Positions 15,706 to 23,855 of a stretch of DNA of 40,916 bases are shown one piece after another (the stretch's first letter is position 1; the number at the start of each line of letters is the position of its first letter). The stretch is taken from IMG/VR virus record IMGVR_UViG_3300029516_000012; one strand, written 5' to 3'. A program made the translations under genes and the position numbers. Source of the stretch: a virus. The notes beneath the pieces are model-generated. The model was not told the DNA's origin. It saw only the letters and a program-made list of their open reading frames with translations, and ran no database searches.

Positions 15706-15971
15706 TCCTCTGCCTGCTAGCCGTGCGGGGCATGGGGGTGCGGACCATCCTGGCGGCACTCCCTGCCCTCATCAATCAGGCGGAAAAAGAACAAGCGTAC
15801 CGGGTTTATGTAACAGACGCCTTGAAAATCATCGGGGAAAACACGGCGAAATACGCTGGCGGTTCTTATATGAAGGTCAGATACCTGGATGTTGAGAACC
15901 CGAAGCCGGAGGAAATCAGAACGCCGGAAGAAATTGTTGCGCATATGAAACAAAAAATCGCCTCTGTCTAA
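15337..15971 (+). CDS. Tail assembly chaperone -1 frameshift fusion product (gpGT-like)
   Basis: The -1 frame is open from 15639 to the stop at 15969-15971. Slippage at T_TTT_TTC (15666-15672) joins ...ELLDFF to QIVWAGGKERV...MRGMGVRTILAAL... Confidence 0.5.
15666..15672 (+). promoter_or_regulatory. Putative -1 programmed ribosomal frameshift slippery heptamer
   Basis: T TTT TTC fits X_XXY_YYZ phasing in the chaperone frame (codons 15667 TTT, 15670 TTC). Confidence 0.5.
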
Positions 15972-15995
15972 GCGTTGATGGGGAAGGGCTAAGCG

Positions 15996-18035
15996 GTGCC
16001 GCGAAAGGAGGTGGCACCCATTAATCTTTTTGATTTATTTGCGAAAATCAGCCTGGATACCAGCGAGTACGACAGCGGTGTTAAGGATGTATCTAAGAGT
16101 GGGGGTAGCCTCGCGTCTAAGCTAAAGAGCGGCCTTGCGTCGGCTGGCAAAGTGGCTGCGAAGGGTATAGCGGCCATTGGAACTGCGGCCTCTGGCGCTG
16201 TGGTGGGGCTTTTGGCCCTGGAATCCTCGACAGAGGAATATCGAGTTGCAATGGGCAAGCTCAACACCGCCTTTGAAGCGGCTGGGTATGGTGCGGAAAC
16301 CGCACAGCAAGCCTATAACGCCTTTTACGGCATCCTGGGGGATACGGATACCGCCACCGAAGCAAGCCAACTCCTGGCGAAGCTGGCAGACAGCGCAGAG
16401 GATGTGTCTACTTGGACGGATATCGCTGCTGGTGTTGCCGGTACATTTGGCGACAGTCTCCCCATCGAGGGACTGATTGAGGCCAGTAATGAGACGGCAA
16501 AAGTGGGGCAAGTTACCGGCGTGCTTGCCGACGCCCTCAACTGGGCGGGCATCAGCGAGGACGATTTTAATGCCAGGCTTTCCGCCTGCTCCTCTGAGAG
16601 TGAGCGGAATCAGCTCATCATGGATACCCTGTCAGGAACCTATGATGAAGCCAGCGAAGCCTTTTACCGCAATAATGAGGCGCTGGTAGAGAGCCGAAAT
16701 AACCAGGCACAGCTTGACGCAACCCTAGCCACTCTTGGGCAGACCGTTTCCAACGTAAAAAACCGGCTGCTTTCAGAGTTCCTTCCGGCAATCTCAAATG
16801 TGGCAACAGCGTTCTCCGGCATGTTGAGCGGAACGGCTGGGGCAGATCAGCAGTTTTCGACGGCGGTGCAGGGACTGGTTAATGTAGCGGTGTCGAAGTT
16901 GCCTGAGTTTCTAAACATGGGCGTTCAGATTTTGTCCTCCCTTGCCAGCGGCATAGTGCAGAGTATCCCGACACTGGTTGCAGCGGTTCCACAAATTGTA
17001 GCCGAAATTGGGGCGGCATTAACCGAACTGCTTCCGCAAGTGCTGGATATGGGTGTGCAGCTTCTCGACCAATTTACCAGCGGGATTGAAACTGGTTTGC
17101 CCGATATGGTGTCCCGTATTCCTGAAATCATCACGCAGTTCCTGAGCTACATCACAGAGCAGCTCCCAACGGTTCTTGACAAGGGTGCGGAACTGCTGAA
17201 CAATCTCGTGAACGGCATCCTCGGGGCCATACCGGAAATGACTGCGGCCCTACCGGAAATCATCACCGCCTTTGTCCAGTTCATCACGGACAACCTCCCG
17301 ACGATTATTGAATCGGGAATCAACATCCTTTTAAACCTAGTTTCCGGCATCATCGGCGCAATTCCGGATCTTGTCGCATCCATCCCGCAAATCATCAGCG
17401 CAATAACGACGGGCATTGCCAGGGCGCTACCCAAAATCATCCAGTCCGGCGTTTCGCTGCTCCAGAAATTTATTGAAGGCATCCTTTCCAATATTCCCGC
17501 GCTGGTGGCCGCTCTTCCCCAGATCATCAGCGCCATTGTGGAGGGCATCGGGGCGCTGATTGGCGGCATTGTTGACGTGGGCAAGAGCATTGTGGAGGGG
17601 ATCTGGAAGGGCATCCAGGAAATGGCTGGATGGATTTACGACAAGGTTACAGGGTTCTTTTCCGGCATTGTGGACGGTGTGAAGGACTTCCTTGGAATCC
17701 ACTCTCCCTCTACGGTGTTTGCCGACATGGGCAAAAACATGGCTCTTGGTCTTGGACAGGGCTGGGACAATGAATATGACCGTATCCGCCGGGATATCGA
17801 GGGTGGTATGGACTTCGGCACCGCAAGCGTGGACTTTGCGTCGTCCGGGTTGGGTGTGGCGTCCGCTGGTATGGTCAACGGAGTTTCAGCATCTGTGCAG
17901 GGAGCAGGGATGTCTGGAGGGAGTATTACAGTTAATCTAATGATGCCTGACGGCACCAAATTCGCCTCCTATCTGCTTGGCCCCCTGTCTAACTACGCAA
18001 AGGCAAACGGTACGCCAATTCTCCACCCAACGTAA
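15996..18035 (+). CDS. Tape measure protein
   Basis: 679 aa, Ala/Gly/Ile-rich, with internally repeated segments (IPxLVAALPQIISAI-type repeats at about 40-aa period). Canonical position. Confidence 0.9.
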   Translation: MPRKEVAPINLFDLFAKISLDTSEYDSGVKDVSKSGGSLASKLKSGLASAGKVAAKGIAAIGTAASGAVVGLLALESSTEEYRVAMGKLNTAFEAAGYGAETAQQAYNAFYGILGDTDTATEASQLLAKLADSAEDVSTWTDIAAGVAGTFGDSLPIEGLIEASNETAKVGQVTGVLADALNWAGISEDDFNARLSACSSESERNQLIMDTLSGTYDEASEAFYRNNEALVESRNNQAQLDATLATLGQTVSNVKNRLLSEFLPAISNVATAFSGMLSGTAGADQQFSTAVQGLVNVAVSKLPEFLNMGVQILSSLASGIVQSIPTLVAAVPQIVAEIGAALTELLPQVLDMGVQLLDQFTSGIETGLPDMVSRIPEIITQFLSYITEQLPTVLDKGAELLNNLVNGILGAIPEMTAALPEIITAFVQFITDNLPTIIESGINILLNLVSGIIGAIPDLVASIPQIISAITTGIARALPKIIQSGVSLLQKFIEGILSNIPALVAALPQIISAIVEGIGALIGGIVDVGKSIVEGIWKGIQEMAGWIYDKVTGFFSGIVDGVKDFLGIHSPSTVFADMGKNMALGLGQGWDNEYDRIRRDIEGGMDFGTASVDFASSGLGVASAGMVNGVSASVQGAGMSGGSITVNLMMPDGTKFASYLLGPLSNYAKANGTPILHPT

Positions 18036-18049
18036 GGCGGTGAAAACAC

Positions 18050-18493
18050 GTGAATCAACTTGTATTGGATACCACAGGCACACCAGTTACCTTGCCGGAA
18101 AGCCAAAAGGGCGGCTATATCGCAGAGTTAAAACCGCTTTCCGTAGATGTGGAGATGGTCACCGGTAGGATTGTAAGAGAACTGCGCGGGAATGTATGGG
18201 TTTTGCGCTACCAATATGGATATTTCACGGATCAAATGAGGAACTCCGTGCTTTCCGCATGCGAAAAAGGGAGAGGACAGGCCATTACATGTTTGTTCCT
18301 TCCCCCGCACTCTGAACAGATGATCACATCAAAATTCATGATAACAGAGCTGACCTATCCAAAATTTATGTGGAGCCGTCAAGTTATGGGTGAAATTGTT
18401 GACGAAGATGGAGAGCCCATAGAAACCCTTGTTCCCGTCCCAATGTGGGGTGATTTCTCGGTAGAACTAAGGGAGGTGAAACCCAGTGATTAG
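18050..18493 (+). CDS. Distal tail protein-like (assigned by position)
   Basis: 147 aa with a GTG start, directly after the tape measure gene. Confidence 0.45.
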   Translation: MNQLVLDTTGTPVTLPESQKGGYIAELKPLSVDVEMVTGRIVRELRGNVWVLRYQYGYFTDQMRNSVLSACEKGRGQAITCLFLPPHSEQMITSKFMITELTYPKFMWSRQVMGEIVDEDGEPIETLVPVPMWGDFSVELREVKPSD

Positions 18494-20633
18494 TTCGACC
18501 ACAGCGTATCAGGCAGCGATTGTGGGCGACACCAGACGGATCTATTTACAAGCAGTCATAGATATTATTGACCCGGATATTACCTATGGCACAGTATCCA
18601 GCTCCGGCATGGCTAACGTATGCAAGTCGGAGCAAATTCACGACAAGGAGATGGAGATTGTTCCATACGCTACGCTTGAGGCTAACCGCTGGGCACTCAA
18701 CGGGCAGTTCAAGCTGTTTCCACTCCATGGGGCCGATCATATCGGCTTCCTGGGGGATACCCTGTCCGGCGCGGATGGGGTGTTTTCCCCAGCGGTGTGG
18801 GTAGAGGAGCATTTTTCCAATGTCTCCATCCTTCAGGCGTGCTCCATCTACTTCCCATCAGCGGATTGGGACGGAGTGCCCGCCGACTTTACTGTGGAGG
18901 TCATGCAGGGCAGAACGGCCTACTACACCAAGACAGTGACCGGCAATACTGCGTCCAGCATTGCATTGGACGGATTCACCGTTAACAACCCGGACGCTAT
19001 TCGGGTGACGGTGACCAAATGGTCGAAAGAAAACCGCCGTATACGGATACCTGAAATTATTCCGGGCCTGTATGAGAAGTGGACAGGAAATGAGATTGCC
19101 GTGTTTTCTCTTAAGCACCAGGGGGACGTATCCTGTATGACACTACCGTATGGCACATGTACCATCAAAATGGACAACTTGAGCCGCCGCTTTGAGCCGC
19201 GAAGCAAAAATGGCGTATTCCAATCCATCGAAGAGCGCCAGGGCATCCCGGTCTCTATAGGAGTACGGCTTTCGGACGACACGGTAGAGTACAAGCCAGC
19301 CGGCGTGTTTTATCAGTACTCCGGCGGCTGGAAAACCGGAGACAACGGCCTGACCATGCAGTGGGATCTGGTCGATATTGTTGGCCTTTTGGCTGATCGT
19401 GAGTTTATCCCGCCGTCCATCCTGCCTACCACCCTGTCTGGCTGGATTTCCGCCCTAGTGGCCCAGATGGGAGAAAATTTCGCGGGCATGTACGCGGTAG
19501 ACCCAAACTACGCAAGCGCGGAGGCAAGCGTCCGCGTGGCTGACGATGTGGTTGGTATGACATGCGGGGATATATTGAGATATGTCTGCATGGCGACGGG
19601 TACGTGGCCCAGGGCGGACGCAGAGACCGGATACCTGACCGCCGAACCCATGTGGAACCAGGGGAGTAAAATCACCCTGGACAACTTAATTGATTATCCG
19701 ACCATGAAAGCCAACACCGATATTGCCGCCTTGTTTTTTACGCTGAACGATGGGAATGACACCCAGTATGTGGTATCCGGAAACTCCACTGCCTCAAACG
19801 AGACAAAATCCATACAAAATCCGTTTATTAAGACGCAATCCCAGGCGCTGACTGCTGCGCGGGCAATCCTGTCCACCTACGGTGGGAACAAACTAGAGAT
19901 TGTAGGCCGTGGAGACCCGGCCTCTGAAATTGGGGATGTGGATACGGTCTGGTTGAATGAGAGCACCGCAACCACGGGCCGCAGAATACAGCAGGACTTA
20001 TCTCTCCAGGATGGAGTCCTCCGCAATTGCTCCAGTGTGCTGCTCCAGGCTGATGGAATCTTCCTTTATGATGGCATGGAGGTGATCACCTCCAGCGGCG
20101 TGTGGACAGCACCAGCCGGGGCCACACAGCTACGGATTATCCTGGTAGGCAAGGGGGAGGGCGGAGGCCATGGAGAGCCTGGCACCATGGGCAGGCAGGA
20201 ATCGGAAGACGGATATGGAGATAGTGAGCGTGGTGAATACGGCGCAGATGGTTCGGACGGCGTGGGTGGAAAGGTGTGGACAGCTACCATCGACATCAAT
20301 CCACAACAGTCATTTGAGGTGTCTTTTGATGGTTTTAATACCATTTTTGGCCCTTACTCTAGCGCAAACGGTAATACATACCCACAGGGTTACTCTGATG
20401 TAGCCAGCGGCGAATCATACGCCCGCACCGGCGTAGCGTCACCTAAGCCAGGCAGCGGAGATGGCGGAGCCGGAGGAAAGGGTGGAGCTCCAGGCTATGG
20501 CGTGTATAAGCATTACACGTGGGAGGGCGGCGGCGCTACTACGTTTAAGGTGTATGCCGAGCCAGAGCCGGGGAAACCCGGAGTGGCAGGGGCACAGGGC
20601 TGTGCCGTTATCTATTGGGACAAGGAGGGGTGA
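18486..20633 (+). CDS. Tail-associated (Tal-position) baseplate protein with a C-terminal glycine-rich domain
   Basis: 715 aa. GTG start follows GGGAGGTG. The C-terminus reads WTAPAGATQLRIILVGKGEGGGHGEPG ... GSGDGGAGGKGGAPGYG ... GCAVIYW, the same domain pattern as ORF 22003-23004. Confidence 0.7.
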   Translation: MISSTTAYQAAIVGDTRRIYLQAVIDIIDPDITYGTVSSSGMANVCKSEQIHDKEMEIVPYATLEANRWALNGQFKLFPLHGADHIGFLGDTLSGADGVFSPAVWVEEHFSNVSILQACSIYFPSADWDGVPADFTVEVMQGRTAYYTKTVTGNTASSIALDGFTVNNPDAIRVTVTKWSKENRRIRIPEIIPGLYEKWTGNEIAVFSLKHQGDVSCMTLPYGTCTIKMDNLSRRFEPRSKNGVFQSIEERQGIPVSIGVRLSDDTVEYKPAGVFYQYSGGWKTGDNGLTMQWDLVDIVGLLADREFIPPSILPTTLSGWISALVAQMGENFAGMYAVDPNYASAEASVRVADDVVGMTCGDILRYVCMATGTWPRADAETGYLTAEPMWNQGSKITLDNLIDYPTMKANTDIAALFFTLNDGNDTQYVVSGNSTASNETKSIQNPFIKTQSQALTAARAILSTYGGNKLEIVGRGDPASEIGDVDTVWLNESTATTGRRIQQDLSLQDGVLRNCSSVLLQADGIFLYDGMEVITSSGVWTAPAGATQLRIILVGKGEGGGHGEPGTMGRQESEDGYGDSERGEYGADGSDGVGGKVWTATIDINPQQSFEVSFDGFNTIFGPYSSANGNTYPQGYSDVASGESYARTGVASPKPGSGDGGAGGKGGAPGYGVYKHYTWEGGGATTFKVYAEPEPGKPGVAGAQGCAVIYWDKEG

Positions 20634-20635
20634 GT

Positions 20636-20797
20636 ATGTCCGAAACATGGACGCCGCTGGTTATTTCGGCCAGTTTTGCACCCAACCCCGTATCAGTCGG
20701 GCTACCCACCGTCCTGTCTGTCGTAGTCATCGACGCCCAGGGCGGAGAGCGGGAGGACCTCTGGCACAGTGGCGAGGTCCAGGCTGGGGAGGTGTAG
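20636..20797 (+). CDS. Small tail-module protein (53 aa) ending SGEVQAGEV
   Basis: ATG at 20636 follows GGAGGGG. The C-terminal SGE..GEV motif is shared with the next gene, which ends SGEIFCGEV. Confidence 0.45.
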   Translation: MSETWTPLVISASFAPNPVSVGLPTVLSVVVIDAQGGEREDLWHSGEVQAGEV

Positions 20798-20800
20798 TGC

Positions 20801-22000
20801 GTGGCGATTACCCAGGTGCGGGCGCAGTTCAATGGTCAGTGGTACATGCTGACCTACAACGAAGACGCCAGAGCCTATCAGACGGCTATCACGCCGGATA
20901 CATTCTCCGGCGGTCAGCCGGATGGGTATTACGACGTAACGGTAGAGGCTATCAACGACAGCGGCGTGGTGGTGACTACAGACGGGGACAATCTGCCGGG
21001 CCTTCGGTTGGTGGTGCGGGAGACCATCCCGCCCATCCTGACCCTGGTATCCCCGGAGGCGGGCTATGTGACCACTAACACGCCTGCGGTGACGTGGACC
21101 GCCCAGGACAACGATGGCGGCTCCGGTATCGACCCGGACAGCGCCATAGTGAAGCTGGACGGGAAGGCAGTTCCGGCGGAGCAGGTGTCCGTCACGGCGG
21201 GCGCAGGCGGGACGTATACCATCACCTATACGCCAGGGACTGCTCTGGAGGAGGGGCCGCACACCGTCCAGGCGGGCATCAGCGACAACGATGGGAACGC
21301 AGCTACGATGGAGGCAAACTACATTGTAGATACCGTACCGCCTGTGCTGTCCGCGTTGCTGTCCTTCGAGGAGGTGGTAACGGATGCCTATACGGTTACC
21401 ATTACGGGGCAAACCAACGATGCCACCGCTCCTCCAGTGACCATGACAGTGATGGACAACGGGGCGGTGGCGGGACACCCGGTCGTTGGGCCGGATGGAC
21501 GATTTTCCATCCTCCTGAATCTGGAGGTTGGGGAGAACAACGTCACGGTCGTTTCCAAGGACGGGGCGGGGCTGACTACCACGGCCAGCTATTACATCAT
21601 CCGCATGGTTACCGACCGGACACAGGCCGATGTGGACGCCCTGAACGACCGTGGGACATACAACGCCTCTGATCTCAACCGGGTCAATACGGCCATGGCT
21701 TATCTGAACGGGTGGCTTTCGGATGCGGGATACGTCACCGGATATGCCGGCCAGGGTATTGCCTGGGCTATAGATGACATCCCGCTACAGGCACAGATGG
21801 CGGACTACCTGTCCAACGTTGGGGCGATCGGTGGCACGTTCTCCCTTGCCAACGCCCCAGCGCTCCCGGCCTCGATGGAGCTTCTGACCCATGAAGGGGC
21901 CAATCACATTGAGCGGGTTTTGGTGCTGACCGACCAGATCCGCGCCCGCTTGAAGCGGTCGCCATTTATGAGCGGCGAAATATTTTGTGGTGAGGTGTAA
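20801..22000 (+). CDS. Tail fibre / baseplate protein with Ig-like repeats
   Basis: 399 aa with a GTG start. It has repeated beta-rich segments (PPILTLVSPEAGYVTTNTPAVTWTAQDNDGGSGIDPDS...; DTVPPVLSALLS...TVTITGQTND). The C-terminal text ADVDALNDRGTYNASDLNRVNTAMAYLNGWL is common in Firmicute prophage fibres. Confidence 0.65.
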   Translation: MAITQVRAQFNGQWYMLTYNEDARAYQTAITPDTFSGGQPDGYYDVTVEAINDSGVVVTTDGDNLPGLRLVVRETIPPILTLVSPEAGYVTTNTPAVTWTAQDNDGGSGIDPDSAIVKLDGKAVPAEQVSVTAGAGGTYTITYTPGTALEEGPHTVQAGISDNDGNAATMEANYIVDTVPPVLSALLSFEEVVTDAYTVTITGQTNDATAPPVTMTVMDNGAVAGHPVVGPDGRFSILLNLEVGENNVTVVSKDGAGLTTTASYYIIRMVTDRTQADVDALNDRGTYNASDLNRVNTAMAYLNGWLSDAGYVTGYAGQGIAWAIDDIPLQAQMADYLSNVGAIGGTFSLANAPALPASMELLTHEGANHIERVLVLTDQIRARLKRSPFMSGEIFCGEV

Positions 22001-22002
22001 CG

Positions 22003-23004
22003 ATGCAAGACGGAATCATAGCTGGTAATGGAAACAGTCGGTATTTAAAAACGGTGGCGGCAGCGCTTTCCCTGTATCCTACCTATGAGGATTTTATCAC
22101 GGCGCTGATCGCTGGGACATTTCCTATTGACCTGAACGGGATCAATGAGGCAGGGTGGTCGCAGAAGGGGACACCCCTGAACAAATTTACCCTGGTAAGT
22201 GACACCACAGAAACCAAGATATGGGGTTCAGCCGGGAACCATACAGTTGACCAGGTGTTCGGGAAGATACTTGGCTCAATCGGATATTATCTGATAAAGG
22301 AGTACACATCGCCGGGGAACTACACCTATACGTTCAACCGCAAACATGCAGATATTTTTGTGGTTGTGGTTGGCGCTGGCGGCGGCGGCGGTTCGCGTGG
22401 CGACAAAGGTGGTGGAGGCGGCGGCGGCGGAGCTGCGGCGTACTATCACATTTTGGACAGCGATAGCATCGAAAATAAAAATATTGTTATCGGGACAGGC
22501 GGTGCCGGGGCGAATGCATCAGTCGGAGACGGGGTTGCGAAGAGTGGAGGAAACGGAGGGACCAGCAGCGCTTTTGGGATTATAGCGCCTGGCGGGAACG
22601 GAGGTAATGGTAACGGTAGTGGCACGGGTGGAGGCGAACATCCTTGGACAGGCGGTAGCGGAGGCGATGGGGGCTACAATACCGGGAAACCGGGTGAGGC
22701 CGGTCCTAATCTTGATATTTTGGGGTTTAAATTTTTCTGCGGAGGCGGCGGAGGCGGCGGGGATGAAGCCCTTAATGACCCTCCTACATTAGGAGGGGCC
22801 GGAGGCGCTGGTGGGGGCGGTGCTGGAGGTGCGGGAGCTACCGGCCAGACCAATGCAACAAATGGTACTGATGGAACCCGCGGCGGTGGCGGAGGAGGTG
22901 CTGGAGCGGGATGGGCTTTCCGCTCCAGCGAGAATAAACCCAGCGGTAATGGCGGTAAAGGTGGCGATGGATATGTGGCGATTTACGCAAGAGGTATTTC
23001 TTGA
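22003..23004 (+). CDS. Glycine-rich-domain protein (candidate receptor-binding tip)
   Basis: 333 aa. YTSPGNYTYTF...DIFVVVVGAGGGGGSRGDKGGGGGGGG ... GGNGGNGNGSGTGGG ... NGGKGGDGYVAIYARG. Multiple GGxGG runs are separated by short variable segments. Confidence 0.7.
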   Translation: MQDGIIAGNGNSRYLKTVAAALSLYPTYEDFITALIAGTFPIDLNGINEAGWSQKGTPLNKFTLVSDTTETKIWGSAGNHTVDQVFGKILGSIGYYLIKEYTSPGNYTYTFNRKHADIFVVVVGAGGGGGSRGDKGGGGGGGGAAAYYHILDSDSIENKNIVIGTGGAGANASVGDGVAKSGGNGGTSSAFGIIAPGGNGGNGNGSGTGGGEHPWTGGSGGDGGYNTGKPGEAGPNLDILGFKFFCGGGGGGGDEALNDPPTLGGAGGAGGGGAGGAGATGQTNATNGTDGTRGGGGGGAGAGWAFRSSENKPSGNGGKGGDGYVAIYARGIS

Positions 23005-23282
23005 TGAAAACAGTCTATTTAAATGAGGATAACACTGTCCGCGAAATCATCCCGGAATATGCACTTCCGCCGGAGAAGTGGTATAGCGAGGCATTTGCAC
23101 GGCGCTGTGTAGAGGTACAGGACGATGTAGAGCAGGGGTGGCGCTACAACCCCGAAACAGGGCAGGCCACCCCGGACACAAGACCGCCGGAGCCCAAGCC
23201 GCCCACTGTGGAGGACATCACCCTGGACATGCTGGCCGAGCACGAGGAACGACTTTGTATGTTGGAGCTGACCGCTAACTGA
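23001..23282 (+). CDS. Hypothetical tail-module protein (XkdW position)
   Basis: 93 aa. The ATG overlaps the upstream stop, and the gene precedes an XkdX-like gene. Confidence 0.55.
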   Translation: MMKTVYLNEDNTVREIIPEYALPPEKWYSEAFARRCVEVQDDVEQGWRYNPETGQATPDTRPPEPKPPTVEDITLDMLAEHEERLCMLELTAN

Positions 23283-23296
23283 GAAAGGAGAACGCC

Positions 23297-23452
23297 ATGA
23301 CAACTGTATACAACCTTTGTAAACTGCTCATCCAGAAGAACCGAACCGACGGCCTCCAGGACAAGATGGATGTCTACCTGGCTTCCGACCGGCTCACCCC
23401 GGAGGAGTACCAAGAGCTGGCCGGGCTGCTTGCCCCGGAAGTGAGACAGTAA
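23297..23452 (+). CDS. XkdX-family-like small protein (51 aa)
   Basis: Below the track cutoff. The ATG sits 6 nt after AAAGGAG. The C-terminal ...DRLTPEEYQELAGLL resembles the XkdX ITxEEYxEITG ending. Confidence 0.5.
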   Translation: MTTVYNLCKLLIQKNRTDGLQDKMDVYLASDRLTPEEYQELAGLLAPEVRQ

Positions 23453-23492
23453 TCAACGGCGAAACCGCCGGATAAAGGAAAGGAAGCTTATT

Positions 23493-23855
23493 ATGAAAAA
23501 CATCAACTGGAACGAGCTCACCCCCGCCTGCTACGCGATCGCCAACGCTAACGATGTAGATCTGGGCGTAGGCGGCAGCATGGTGCAGAACAACATTCGA
23601 CACAGTAAGGCGGTGGACATCGGCGCGGAAAATCTGCCTGTAGCTTTCCGGCCTGACTGGGATGCCCTGGGCGCTGATGCAGATCTGGCTGCGGAAAATG
23701 ACTCGTTTAACGTCTGGGTCAGGAAGCGCCAGGGTAACGTCAAGGCCCTGGCCGCCCTGTGGAACGCAAAGGACTATCAGGGCATGGTTGAGCTAATGGA
23801 GAACGCCGCCGACCCCGGCCCCATCAACGGTGAGAAGCTCGAAAACCATGAGTAA
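23493..23855 (+). CDS. Hypothetical protein
   Basis: 120-aa ORF between the fibre genes and the endolysin. No transmembrane segment. Confidence 0.55.
   Translation: MKNINWNELTPACYAIANANDVDLGVGGSMVQNNIRHSKAVDIGAENLPVAFRPDWDALGADADLAAENDSFNVWVRKRQGNVKALAALWNAKDYQGMVELMENAADPGPINGEKLENHE

Noticed and set aside
20461-21672. Same-strand alternative-frame ORFs (20461-21078 +, 21094-21672 +)
   Set aside because: They give Arg/Gly/Pro-rich junk translations overlapping the fibre genes, with no start context. They are consistent with stop-poor off-frames in GC-rich sequence.
22378-22900. GGC/GGA triplet runs considered as a microsatellite or CRISPR-like array
   Set aside because: They lie in frame within a glycine-rich coding sequence. 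There is no repeat-spacer periodicity, and no cas genes occur in the window.
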